In this document: one piece after another, positions 1 to 9,061 of the stretch
How positions within the stretch are numbered: position 1 is the first letter of the stretch
Layout of the letters: each line of letters starts with the position of its first letter
Virus record (IMG/VR): IMGVR_UViG_3300044709_000184
Span: 37,925 to 101,924 of that record
Length of the DNA stretch: 64,000 bases
Reading direction: 5' to 3' (one strand)
Source of the DNA: a virus
Lineage: Duplodnaviria > Caudoviricetes
Program-made: the position numbers and the translations under genes
Notes under the pieces: model-generated
The model's input: only the letters and a program-made list of their open reading frames with translations
Told to the model about the DNA's origin: nothing
The model's database searches: none

Positions 1-1
1 T

Positions 2-2674
2 TCCGGCCAGCACCCGGGCCTTGGTCGTGCGGTTCCGTTCGGTGATCTGGGTGTCGACGAGCTGGGTCAGCTCGGTTTGGCCGATGAAGACCCGCACGTC
101 GAAGGCGGGGGTGCCGGCGCCGACCGGGGTGCCGGCGGTGTTGGCCGACCCGGTCGTGGCGACCGACATGGCCCGGGCGAGCAGGTCGATGGCCCGCCGG
201 TCTTCCAGCGGCAGGACCAGCTCGCCGGGGTGCAGGTTGGCCACACCGCCGCGGGTGGTCAACCCGCCCGTGTCGAGCGACGGCAGGCGGGGCAGGGAGA
301 TGCCGGGCAGGGCGTCGTCGACCTGGGCGATGCCGGAGTTGATACCGGAGATGACCTTGTTGAGTAGGCCCTTGATCGCGGCGACGATGCGGGAGGCCAG
401 GTCACCGACGAACCCGCCCGCCTGACCCAGGCCGCTGAACAGGCCCTTGATCATGGCGAGGCCGGCATCGAACATGGCCCCGGCCAGGTTCGCGATCCGG
501 CTCGGCACCGACAACGCGAACGTGACGATCGCGGACAGGGCGGCGATGGCGTTGTCCCGGGCCCGGGCCAGGGCGGTCGACACCCCGGTCGTGATCGCGT
601 TCCAGGCGATGGACAGGGTTTCGGGGATCCGCTGCACGAACGTGGTCACGGTCGACACGAGGAGGCTCAGGCCCGCGGCGGCCGCGGCGACGACCGCGTC
701 GAAGACGAAGCCGACGGTCTCCGGTATCCGGCCGATGGCCTGCCCGATGAGCTGGGGCAGGGCCAGCAGCTCACCCAGGATCAGCCCGATGCCGAAGCCG
801 ATCGCGTGGAGGGCGGCGTCGGCGGCGGCCTTGAACGCGCCCCCCACGATGCCGGGCAGCGAGGCCAGGAACGCCCCGACCTTCCCCGGGATGGCGGCCA
901 GGAACGAGCCAATGCCGGCGAAGAACCCACCGACGGCTGAGGCGGCCTTCTTGATCGAGGGCACGACCTTGTCCAGGTCGGTCTTGAAGATCCGGGGCCA
1001 GTTGCGGATGTCCAGCAGCACCGTCGACGCCTTGTCGACGACACGGAACAGGGACGCCATCGCGTCGGCGACGGCACGCAACGCCGGGCCGATCGCCTTG
1101 TTCGCGGCCAGCGAGGTGAGCAGGGCCAGCAGCTGGATGCCGGGGCGCTGCATGCGCAGCCACAGGGTGAGCAGTTCCGCGATGACCGGCAGCAGGGGGA
1201 TCAGCGATTTGACCAGGTCCACCGTGGCCGGGACCATGTCGATGATCAGCTGGACCAGCTCATCCAGGGCACCCGACCGGACCAGCTCCGTGACGGCCTG
1301 GGCCAGGGCGTCACCGATGGCCTCGGCCAGGGGCTGCAGCCCCACCACGAGCCGCTCGACGATCGGGGCCAGGGCCTGCATGGACCGTGAGATCGGGGCG
1401 AGCAGGGTGGTCGCCAGCCGGACGAACACCCCCAGGATCGGGGACAGGGCTTTGACAGCCTCGGCGATCAGGGGCAGCACCCCGGCCAGGAAGTCGCCCA
1501 GGGCGGGGGCCAGCACCTTGACCGCGTCGCCGATGATCGGCGTCACCGCCGTCAACGTGTCTTTGATCTTGGGGATGACCGGGGTGAACGCGTCGGTCAA
1601 CGCGATGCCGATGGTGTCCTTGAAAGTGGACCAGACCCCGTTGAGGGTTTTGGCCTGGGCGACCATCGCCCCGGCGGCGCCGGGGAACTTGGCCATCCCG
1701 GTCAGCAGGGCGTTGATGCCGGTGCGGGCGTCAACCCCACCGGCGGTGATCTTCGCCAGGGTGTCGGCGACCGACAGGCCCAGGGCGCTGGCGATGGCGG
1801 CGTTGGAGTTGAACCCGGGCAGGGCCTCGCTGAGCTGGAGGATCTCCTCCTGGCTGACCTTGCCCTTGGAGGCCATCTGACCCAGGGCCCTGATGACCGA
1901 CTGGATGTTCTCGCTGGTGCCGCCCAGCACACCGACCAGGTCACCGATGGTGGTCAGGGTCGGGATGACCTTGTCTCGGGTGATGCCGACCGCGTTGCCG
2001 AACGCCAGGATCCGCCGGCTCGCGTCGGCGACGTCGGCGAACTGGAACGGGGTCGCCGCGGCGAACTGCTGCAGCTGGGCGCTGAACGCCTTGGCCGCAG
2101 CGGCCGACCCGAGCAGCGACGTGAGCCCGATCTGGGTCTGTTCCAGGGCCGCGGCGCTCTTCAACCCGAACGCGGTCAGGGCGCTCAACCCGGCCACGGC
2201 GGCGGTGCCGGCGGCCAGGGCGGCGCCCTTGATGACCGACCAGGCCGCAACCCACCGGGTGGAGGTGCTCGCGGCGGCGGCGCCGGCCTTATTGGCGATC
2301 TGCTGGAACTCGCGGGCCGAGGTGCGGTCCAGCTCGGACAGGGCCCGCTCGGACACCTCACCGCCGAGTTGGAAGGAGGCGCCGATCTTCCCGGCGGCCG
2401 CGGCCCCCGACGCGGCCGTGTGGGCGAAGGCCTCCGTGGCTTCCCGGCTGATCTTGCCCATGGCCCGGTCGACGTCTGAGGCCAGACCGTCCAGGGCCCG
2501 CCCGGACTGGTCGGCCCCGGCCCGGGCCCCGGCCGAGATCTTCGTGGCCAGGGCAGCGGTGTCGACGTGCACGCCGCGCAGGGCCTTGTTCAGCTCCCGC
2601 TCGACGTCACCGGCGAAGGTTTTCGCAACCTCACCGGTGACCTGCACGGTCGCCTTGCCCAACGGACGGGTCAC
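2..2674 (-). CDS. Tail tape measure protein (3' end runs off window)
   Basis: Minus-strand frame from GTG at 2674, absent from the ORF track because it has no stop in the window; Ala/Gly/Leu-rich with a tape-measure domain (NIQSVIRALGQMASKGKVSQEEILQLSEALPG...AQAKTLNGVWSTFKDT). Confidence 0.9.
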   Translation of the reverse strand, partial: MTRPLGKATVQVTGEVAKTFAGDVERELNKALRGVHVDTAALATKISAGARAGADQSGRALDGLASDVDRAMGKISREATEAFAHTAASGAAAAGKIGASFQLGGEVSERALSELDRTSAREFQQIANKAGAAAASTSTRWVAAWSVIKGAALAAGTAAVAGLSALTAFGLKSAAALEQTQIGLTSLLGSAAAAKAFSAQLQQFAAATPFQFADVADASRRILAFGNAVGITRDKVIPTLTTIGDLVGVLGGTSENIQSVIRALGQMASKGKVSQEEILQLSEALPGFNSNAAIASALGLSVADTLAKITAGGVDARTGINALLTGMAKFPGAAGAMVAQAKTLNGVWSTFKDTIGIALTDAFTPVIPKIKDTLTAVTPIIGDAVKVLAPALGDFLAGVLPLIAEAVKALSPILGVFVRLATTLLAPISRSMQALAPIVERLVVGLQPLAEAIGDALAQAVTELVRSGALDELVQLIIDMVPATVDLVKSLIPLLPVIAELLTLWLRMQRPGIQLLALLTSLAANKAIGPALRAVADAMASLFRVVDKASTVLLDIRNWPRIFKTDLDKVVPSIKKAASAVGGFFAGIGSFLAAIPGKVGAFLASLPGIVGGAFKAAADAALHAIGFGIGLILGELLALPQLIGQAIGRIPETVGFVFDAVVAAAAAGLSLLVSTVTTFVQRIPETLSIAWNAITTGVSTALARARDNAIAALSAIVTFALSVPSRIANLAGAMFDAGLAMIKGLFSGLGQAGGFVGDLASRIVAAIKGLLNKVISGINSGIAQVDDALPGISLPRLPSLDTGGLTTRGGVANLHPGELVLPLEDRRAIDLLARAMSVATTGSANTAGTPVGAGTPAFDVRVFIGQTELTQLVDTQITERNRTTKARVLAG

Positions 2675-2747
2675 GCACCCGATCGTCAGCCGGCAACCGG
2701 ACCTAACCGCACGAAAGGGGCGAAGCGGGTACAGTCATTTGGTGGCC

Positions 2748-3263
2748 ATGACGACCCGGGCCAGACCCGTCGTGCCCCGCCCGTTGGACATCGACCAGGC
2801 CCGCATCTCACCCGCCGGGGGCGGCTCCGTCCTGTTCGACGACCCGGCCTCACCGTGGCTGGTGCGGGTGTGGGTCGGGGTCGACCGCCGCGGCCGCCGC
2901 TACATCACCCGGCTACGTGTCGATGCCCGCCCGGCCGCGTCGCCGATCTCAGCGGCCCGCCTGGCCCGCCTGCCCACAACCCAGCTGCTCCACGTCGCGG
3001 CCGCCCAGCTCGCCGCAGCCGCCCCCGACACCCACCCCAATGAGGCCTGGTACCGGATGCTGGCCACACCCAAACCGCGGGGCAGCCGGTCATGGCCGCC
3101 CGAACACTGGGACCGGGTCCTGATCGTTCACCAGTGGGCGGTCGCCACAGCCCGCCCCGGCGGCGGCGCCCAGGCCGTCGCGGACCTGTGGGGTGTCTCG
3201 ATCAACCCGACTGTCTACCGGTGGCTGGCCCAGGCCCGCAGCCTCCAAGGAGCCGACACGTGA
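2748..3263 (+). CDS. Putative DNA-binding protein with C-terminal HTH
   Basis: C-terminal AQAVADLWGVSINPTVYRWLAQAR is HTH-like; divergent from the tape measure gene; real start lies within track ORF 1893..3263. Confidence 0.6.
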   Translation: MTTRARPVVPRPLDIDQARISPAGGGSVLFDDPASPWLVRVWVGVDRRGRRYITRLRVDARPAASPISAARLARLPTTQLLHVAAAQLAAAAPDTHPNEAWYRMLATPKPRGSRSWPPEHWDRVLIVHQWAVATARPGGGAQAVADLWGVSINPTVYRWLAQARSLQGADT

Positions 3264-3862
3264 CGTTGCCGCCGACCGCCGGCCTGGAAGTGTGCCCACC
3301 CGGCGAGGACGTGCTCGCCGCGATCGCGTTACGGGCCGAAGCCGTGGCCGAGGAGGCCGGCTGGGGCGGCGAACGGGACGCACCCAACCAGTGGTGGTGG
3401 CTGCACGACAACGGCCACCTGGCCGGCGCCAGCCCCAGCCTGAGCAGCATCGCCATGGTCAAAAGCAAGCTGGGCCCGGACCTGGAGCTCTTACACCCGG
3501 TCGAGCTGGTCAACGTTTTCGAGGAGCACCTACACGAGGTCGCCCAGACGTTGATGGGGTTCGTGCTGGTCGCTGAGGCGTGGATGCTGAGCTACCAGCC
3601 CGACGACCGGGCCGGCCGGGAACGGGTCTTCGACGTGGCCAACCGGCGGGAGGTGTGGCGCCAACCCGACCGGATGGAGATACGCGCGGTACGGCTGCAG
3701 ATGCTCACCGGCCAGGACCGCTGCGTCCTGCGGATCAGGGGACAGGACCCGATGCTGGTCGGCGACGTTCCCCCATCGCGTGACGTCATGATCGAGGTCC
3801 CGGCCGCTTTGGCCCGGCTGGCCACGGTCCTGCGCCGCCGCAAGTACGGCCGGCGCGGCTGA
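3260..3862 (+). CDS. Hypothetical protein
   Basis: GTGA overlap with the upstream stop; globular composition. Confidence 0.65.
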   Translation: MTLPPTAGLEVCPPGEDVLAAIALRAEAVAEEAGWGGERDAPNQWWWLHDNGHLAGASPSLSSIAMVKSKLGPDLELLHPVELVNVFEEHLHEVAQTLMGFVLVAEAWMLSYQPDDRAGRERVFDVANRREVWRQPDRMEIRAVRLQMLTGQDRCVLRIRGQDPMLVGDVPPSRDVMIEVPAALARLATVLRRRKYGRRG

Positions 3863-3877
3863 CCCCCCCGACCACAA

Positions 3878-3914
3878 GGTGCCGCCCCCCGGAGGCAATA
3901 CAGGGGGCGGCACC
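3878..3914. terminator. Inverted repeat / probable terminator between convergent genes
   Basis: GGTGCCGCCCCC...GGGGGCGGCACC, 12-bp arms. Confidence 0.55.
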
Positions 3915-4043
3915 CGATGGCGAACCGAAACCGAACCGAACTGACAGGACCTGCACGGAGACGTGACGCCCCGGGCATTACGGCCCACAGTAAAGGCCCG
4001 GCCTGGGCCCGGGTCGGCAACCTTGCCGCACCGGGCGGTGAGG

Positions 4044-4526
4044 TTACGTCTGCCGAAGGTCGGGGCGGCCCGCGGCGTCCCACGCCTCAGCGAGCTGGCG
4101 TGAAATCTGCCCGCTGCGCCCGGGCGGGCGGGGCAGGTCAAGGACCCGGAAGTGTCGCACCCCGTAGACCCGGCAGGCGTCCCGCTCATCGGCGGTGAAG
4201 CTAGTACGCAGCTCATCAGCCGGTGCGGTCGCGGCCTTCTTGGCGGCCTTCTTCTTGGTCGCGGCGGCCTTGCGGGGCCGCGGCACCCGTTTCGCCGGCA
4301 CCGCGACCGCGGCCACCGGCGGGTCGTCGACCACGACCGGGGCCACCTCGCCGCGGTCGGCGACGCCGTCGGTCAGTGCCCTGATCGCCGCGTCGATGGC
4401 CTCTTCGACGAGCTTCCGCCCGCCCGGCCCGAGATCCAGATTCCATGTCCGGTCGCCCACCGCGACGGCGACGTCTTCGACGTCGCCTGCCAGGTGGGTC
4501 ACATCACACACCCTGTGCCATGCCAC
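4044..4526 (-). CDS. lsr2: Lsr2-family nucleoid-associated protein (variant)
   Basis: N-terminal dimerisation-like segment (VAVAVGDRTWNLDL), Lys/Ala-rich linker, C-terminal ERDACRVYG...PGRSGQISRQLAEAWDAA resembling the Lsr2 DNA-binding domain. Confidence 0.7.
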   Translation of the reverse strand: MAWHRVCDVTHLAGDVEDVAVAVGDRTWNLDLGPGGRKLVEEAIDAAIRALTDGVADRGEVAPVVVDDPPVAAVAVPAKRVPRPRKAAATKKKAAKKAATAPADELRTSFTADERDACRVYGVRHFRVLDLPRPPGRSGQISRQLAEAWDAAGRPDLRQT

Positions 4527-4720
4527 GTGTTCTGCCCTGCCTTTCCGATCCAGTTCAATAGGTGATTACCCCGTGACGTTGAGTATCGATGCCACGGGTC
4601 GGAATCCCAGACCCTACTCGCCTGCCGATCACCTACCTACGGGCGACGCCGCGGCATTAGGGCCCATCTGTCCGGTCCGGGCGGGTGACACTGGGTTTAG
4701 CCGGTGAAGGGAGGCAGGCC

Positions 4721-4939
4721 GTGGCGCGACTGCGGTTGCGGATCGGATTCCCCGAAACGACGCCACCCGAGCAGGCCCTCAGCGAGGCCCTCGCCGACTG
4801 GCATGAGGTCGTCACCCGGGCCGGGTCCACCCCGGTCGGTGACCCGTCGATGCGGGTGATCACCGACGATGCGGAGCGGGCCGCCCTGGGTGAGTACGTG
4901 GTTGAGGTCGTGGGGGAGCGGGCCGGTGGCGACGTCTAA
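4721..4939 (+). CDS. Hypothetical protein
   Basis: GGGAGG RBS before GTG; overlaps the amidase start. Confidence 0.5.
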   Translation: MARLRLRIGFPETTPPEQALSEALADWHEVVTRAGSTPVGDPSMRVITDDAERAALGEYVVEVVGERAGGDV

Positions 4940-5789
4940 CGACCACCCAGGGCTCCCGTTCGTCCAGGCGCAGGGCTACACCCGGGGCCGACCCGACGGG
5001 CCTCCACTGTGGATCGTGTGGCACTCGATGGAGGCCTCCGAACACTCGGCCCGGGCCGAGTCGACCGCCATGTACTTCGCCAACCCCAGCGACGGCCGGG
5101 CCGTGTCGGCCCACCACTGCGGCGACGACAACTCAGTCGTCCAGTGTGTCGACGAGGACGACTCGGCCTGGACCGTCGGTAACCGGCCCGGCAACTACCG
5201 GGGCGTGAACATCGAGCTGGCCGGGTTCGCCCGCCAGTCCCGCACCGACTGGCTCGACCCGTTCGGCCGGGCCATGTTCGCCCGCCTGGCCCCGATCGTC
5301 GCGGCGTCGATGACCCGCTGGCACATCCCGAACCGGTGGTGCACGGTGGTCGACCTGAAAGCCCACCGGCCCGGGCACACCACCCACAACGACCTGCGCG
5401 TGGCGTTCGGCGGCACCACCCACACCGACCCGGGCGCAGGCTTCCCGCGCGACCACATCCTGGACGTGATCGCCCGGGCGCTCGGCCACACCACGGAGGA
5501 CGACGACATGCCCATGTACCTGATCGAGACGGGACTGGCGAAGACCGAGGCAAACCCCAACGGTGAGCGCGTCATCTGCTCGACCGGCACCCACTACTGG
5601 TGGGTGGCCGACTTCAAACCGCTGGCCGACCGGGGCATCCCGTTCCCGGAGCAGCGGGTACCGACGGCCCAGGTACGCAACGCGTTCGGGGTGGAGGTCT
5701 TCCCCGGCTCGCCCGACCTGGCGGCCCACGTCCATGAGGTCCCGGCGGCGGTGAGCGGCCCAGCCCAGCCCGTACCGTCCACCGGCTAA
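4926..5789 (+). CDS. Endolysin, N-acetylmuramoyl-L-alanine amidase (Amidase_2)
   Basis: WIVWHS, VSAH, AWTVG, NIELAG, TTH...HTDPG zinc-amidase motifs; EDDDM linker. Confidence 0.88.
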   Translation: MATSNDHPGLPFVQAQGYTRGRPDGPPLWIVWHSMEASEHSARAESTAMYFANPSDGRAVSAHHCGDDNSVVQCVDEDDSAWTVGNRPGNYRGVNIELAGFARQSRTDWLDPFGRAMFARLAPIVAASMTRWHIPNRWCTVVDLKAHRPGHTTHNDLRVAFGGTTHTDPGAGFPRDHILDVIARALGHTTEDDDMPMYLIETGLAKTEANPNGERVICSTGTHYWWVADFKPLADRGIPFPEQRVPTAQVRNAFGVEVFPGSPDLAAHVHEVPAAVSGPAQPVPSTG

Positions 5790-5831
5790 TTTGGGCGCAA
5801 CTAGCAGCAAACTAGCCGTAGGAGGTCCGCC

Positions 5832-5978
5832 ATGCCCGCAGTCGTCCTCGCGATCGTCGCCGCGGTCAGCTTCGGCGCCGGCCTGTTCAACATCCACCTG
5901 GGCACGATCAGCTGGCTGTACCTGGGGTTGCTGCTGATGGCGGTCGCGGCCGCGTACCGGTGGTGGCTGCGGCCCTGA
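5832..5978 (+). CDS. Small two-TM membrane protein, putative holin
   Basis: 48 aa MPAVVLAIVAAVSFGAGLFNIHLGTISWLYLGLLLMAVAAAYRWWLRP; GGAGG RBS; directly after the endolysin; below the ORF-track cutoff. Confidence 0.55.
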   Translation: MPAVVLAIVAAVSFGAGLFNIHLGTISWLYLGLLLMAVAAAYRWWLRP

Positions 5979-6043
5979 CCGGCCCGGCCCTGCCTACGCG
6001 CCGGTCAAGTGAACGCGCAGACAGGGCCGAGGTAGCGGGGACT

Positions 6044-6559
6044 CTACGGTGCTACGGCCATCACACTCAGGGCCCAGTCGTCGTATCGGGCGGTCACGCC
6101 AGCGCCGACCTGGGCCACCTGCACGGTGATGGTGTGGGTCAGGGTGCTCCCCACGATCCGGGTGCGTTGCATCGAGTGTGACTCCCACGAGCTGAACGTT
6201 TCGGTTCCGCCGTCGGTGGAGTCGAACGCGAAGTCCGTCCCCACCACCGGGGCGGCCTCAGCCCCGTCGACGAGGATGCGGACGTTGCACCAGCCGGACC
6301 CGCCGTAGCAGGCGACCTCGGCCGAGAACGTGGCCAGCAGCACCGACCCGGCACCGGCGTAGATGGTCAGCGAGCCGAGGTTGGCGTATGTGCCGCCGGT
6401 CCAGACGGTTGCCGCGTCCTCGGTCAGGACCCGTACCCGGGACACTGACGTGCCGCCGCTGGTGGTGGTGGTGGCGACGGCGATGCCGGCACCGGCCAGG
6501 ATCATCGCCACCGCAACGGCGACCACTGTTGCTGTTCGTCGAGCCTTCAAAAAGCGCAT
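6044..6559 (-). CDS. Secreted beta-rich protein
   Basis: Signal peptide (MRFLKARR + hydrophobic stretch + AVA); GAGGAG RBS; downstream of the GT2 gene. Confidence 0.7.
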   Translation of the reverse strand: MRFLKARRTATVVAVAVAMILAGAGIAVATTTTSGGTSVSRVRVLTEDAATVWTGGTYANLGSLTIYAGAGSVLLATFSAEVACYGGSGWCNVRILVDGAEAAPVVGTDFAFDSTDGGTETFSSWESHSMQRTRIVGSTLTHTITVQVAQVGAGVTARYDDWALSVMAVAP

Positions 6560-6587
6560 AGCGGGTACTCCTCAAAAGGAAGCGGGA

Positions 6588-7949
6588 TCAATTGGTGTGA
6601 GGGGCGTCCGGCGAGAGCCGGAGCTGAATTTTGTGGCGGGTGCCCCAGCCGGTACGCCAGCACGTCGCCACCGCATACCAGCGGACACTGCGCAGCACGA
6701 CGGCGGCCCACAGGGCGGCGGCCGGGGCGAGCAGCCAGGTACATACCCGCCAGCGTGTGCTCCGGTCCGACCGGGCCACGGTGAGGTAGCGCAGGGTTTG
6801 GCAGTACGCCAACCCGACCGTCACCCCAGCCAGCCAGGGGACCGTACGCAGGTCGGCGCGGGCGACCGGCCACACCAGCACCACGCCGGCGAAGACAACG
6901 GCGGCGAGCAGTGCCTGGGTCCAGCGGTAGACGTGAATCCAGTACGCGGGCGATGACAGCGGCAGGTACTTCGCCCGCCACCACGACCGGATGAACGACC
7001 CCCGCATCCACCGCACGTATTGGCGCAGGTGGTGCCCGAGCGTCTCCGGCATCAGCGCGAACGCGAACGCCGTGGGCTGCTGGACGGTGCGGCCCCGTTT
7101 CATCGCGTAGAGGGTCAGCATCGAGTCGTCTGAGAACGCCACCTGCTCGTCGAAGAACGTCTCAGCGAGGTAGCCGTCCAGGTTGTCGCGCACCACCGGC
7201 GCCCGATAGACGGCGACCGGGCCGGAGTTGACCCACACCGACCCGAGCGTCGACAGGGCCGACCTGTCGACGAGCTGGGCGGTGACAAACCACAGGTCCG
7301 TGATGCGGGCCAGGGCGGTGCGGTCGTTGTTGAGGCCCAGCACGATGCCGGCCACCGACTGGACCCGTGGGTCGGCGAGGGGCTGCAGCAGCTCGGCCAG
7401 GGCGCGCCGGTCGGAGATGCTGTCCGAGTCGGTGGTCCAGTACACGTCGGCTTGCGGGGTCGCCCGGATGCCGGCGGCCTGGGCATGGCGTTTGCCCTGG
7501 TTGTCTTGCCGGGTCCAGATCAGGTCGACGCCGACCGCCTGGGCCGCGGTCTCGGCCTCGGCCCGGACGTCGCTGTAGTCGATCGGTGAGCCGTCGTCGG
7601 TGACGCAGATGGTCTGCGGCCGGCGGGTCTGGTCGAGCATGGACCGGATGCCTGCGAGCAGGGCGGCCGGGTCTTCGTTGTAGGCCGGCACCAGCGCGGC
7701 CACGTGGAGTTCGTCGAGCCCGCGACTCTGGGCGGGGGTGGCCCGCTGGGGGCGCTCCAGGAAGCACAGCACCATCTGCAGGGCGAAGGTAGCGAACCCG
7801 GCCGCGTAGATGACCGTCAACGCGCCGCCGCCGCGGCCCTGCCACACCCCCAGCAAGGCGAGGGCGTGGTGGCCGCACCACCACGCCACAGCGATAGCCG
7901 CTACCGCCCCGGCCGCTGTCGCCCACGACGGTGACCGCCAGGCGGTCAG
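6588..7949 (-). CDS. Processive membrane GT2, hyaluronan synthase/NodC/chitin synthase-like (start uncertain, ~7889-7949)
   Basis: VPAYNED, DDGS, QGKRHAQ, DSD, SGPVAVYR, SDDSMLT and QYVRW (D,D,D,QxxRW) motifs; N- and C-terminal TM helices. Confidence 0.85.
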   Translation of the reverse strand: MTAWRSPSWATAAGAVAAIAVAWWCGHHALALLGVWQGRGGGALTVIYAAGFATFALQMVLCFLERPQRATPAQSRGLDELHVAALVPAYNEDPAALLAGIRSMLDQTRRPQTICVTDDGSPIDYSDVRAEAETAAQAVGVDLIWTRQDNQGKRHAQAAGIRATPQADVYWTTDSDSISDRRALAELLQPLADPRVQSVAGIVLGLNNDRTALARITDLWFVTAQLVDRSALSTLGSVWVNSGPVAVYRAPVVRDNLDGYLAETFFDEQVAFSDDSMLTLYAMKRGRTVQQPTAFAFALMPETLGHHLRQYVRWMRGSFIRSWWRAKYLPLSSPAYWIHVYRWTQALLAAVVFAGVVLVWPVARADLRTVPWLAGVTVGLAYCQTLRYLTVARSDRSTRWRVCTWLLAPAAALWAAVVLRSVRWYAVATCWRTGWGTRHKIQLRLSPDAPHTN

Positions 7950-8131
7950 GGCTGGTTGTAGTTCCGGCCCCGCCGCCACCGCCACCGCAGCGACACCAGC
8001 ATCAGCAGGGCGCCGACCACGACGATGCCTACCCCGATCCAGGCCAACCCGGCCATGCTCAGCTTGATCCCCGCCACGGTCAGCACTCCTGCGCCAGTGA
8101 CGGGAAGCGTCCCTCCAGAACCGCCGTTCAC
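7946..8131 (-). CDS. 61-aa LPVTG sorting-signal-only membrane peptide
   Basis: MNGGSGGT-LPVTG-...hydrophobic helix-RWRWRRGR; GAGGAG RBS; stop abuts the GT2 gene. Confidence 0.65.
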   Translation of the reverse strand: MNGGSGGTLPVTGAGVLTVAGIKLSMAGLAWIGVGIVVVGALLMLVSLRWRWRRGRNYNQP

Positions 8132-8222
8132 CCACTGCCCCTCTCCTCGAGGTCGTCCCGATACGGGTGGAATTGTTCCATTCGTATGGGTGATGGGTGG
8201 TGACGCCATGCGTCGGGCGGTT

Positions 8223-8648
8223 TTAGACGATCGGCATGTACCGCCCGTCCAGCTCACGCCGATGGGTCGGGTCCGCCAGGGGCTCCTCTCCGGGCAGTGT
8301 GGGCCCGCACCCCATGGTGTGCATCAGCACGTTGAGATAACCCGGCACCGGCGTCCAGAACCCGCCCGGAATGCAGTTGTAGCCGCACAGGGCACAGGGC
8401 GCCGGCCGGAGCCGGTCCGGGGCGACCTGGCGCTGTTCGTCGACCCATCGCGGCGGCGGGTAGGTGGGCAGCGTCCTGACCATCAACACCAGAACGACCG
8501 CCGCAACGATCAGGCCGACCATGACCGCGGTGACACCGCCGACAGCGCCGATGAGCCACCCCACCCCACCCGAGCCGACCAGCAGGCCGGCCATCATGGC
8601 CAGCCGATGTTGCCAGCCCCGCTCAGACCAGATCAGCAGCCGCCGCAT
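8223..8648 (-). CDS. Membrane protein with C-terminal Cys/His motif
   Basis: Two TM helices then CALCG...HTMGC; GAGGAG RBS. Confidence 0.6.
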   Translation of the reverse strand: MRRLLIWSERGWQHRLAMMAGLLVGSGGVGWLIGAVGGVTAVMVGLIVAAVVLVLMVRTLPTYPPPRWVDEQRQVAPDRLRPAPCALCGYNCIPGGFWTPVPGYLNVLMHTMGCGPTLPGEEPLADPTHRRELDGRYMPIV

Positions 8649-8701
8649 GCGGTCTCCTCGTTGCTCAGGTAGTTGATCGCGCGCAGAGGGGGGTTTGGAC
8701 G

Positions 8702-9061
8702 ATGGTACGCAAGACGTTGGCCGTGTTGGCCGTGGTGGGCGGTCTGGTCCTGGTGGTCGCGTTTGCCGGGTTCACGTTGGTGGCAGGCGTCGGCACCGGC
8801 ACCCGGTCATTTGCCGGTGGGCCACCTACTACGCCGCACAGCCCGCAGCTGCTCACGCCCACACCGGCGCCGTCGCCCACCCCCGAGGTCACCCCGACCC
8901 CAGCGCCGACAACACCGGTGGTGGTCACGTCAACGTCGGCTATGCGGACCTTGCCCGTGACGGGACCCGGCCAGGCCTGGCCGCTGTTCTGGGCCGCCCT
9001 GGCCCTCGTGGCCGTCGGCTCCGCCATGCTGGTCGTCACCCGCCGCCGCCCAGAGTCATGA
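8702..9061 (+). CDS. Sortase-anchored (LPXTG) Pro/Thr-rich surface protein
   Basis: Signal peptide, PT-rich stalk, LPVTG + TM helix + RRR tail. Confidence 0.75.
   Translation: MVRKTLAVLAVVGGLVLVVAFAGFTLVAGVGTGTRSFAGGPPTTPHSPQLLTPTPAPSPTPEVTPTPAPTTPVVVTSTSAMRTLPVTGPGQAWPLFWAALALVAVGSAMLVVTRRRPES

Noticed and set aside
447-2747. Long plus-strand ORFs (447..1880, 5' part of 1893..3263) and similar ones elsewhere (21595..23700, 33593..35134, 41459..43186)
   Set aside because: Antisense shadows of recognisable minus-strand genes, expected in high-GC DNA.
6588-7949. Calling the GT2 nodC or hasA
   Set aside because: The motifs are shared across the processive GT2 group; no nodAB or UDP-glucose dehydrogenase is nearby, so the product is unknown.
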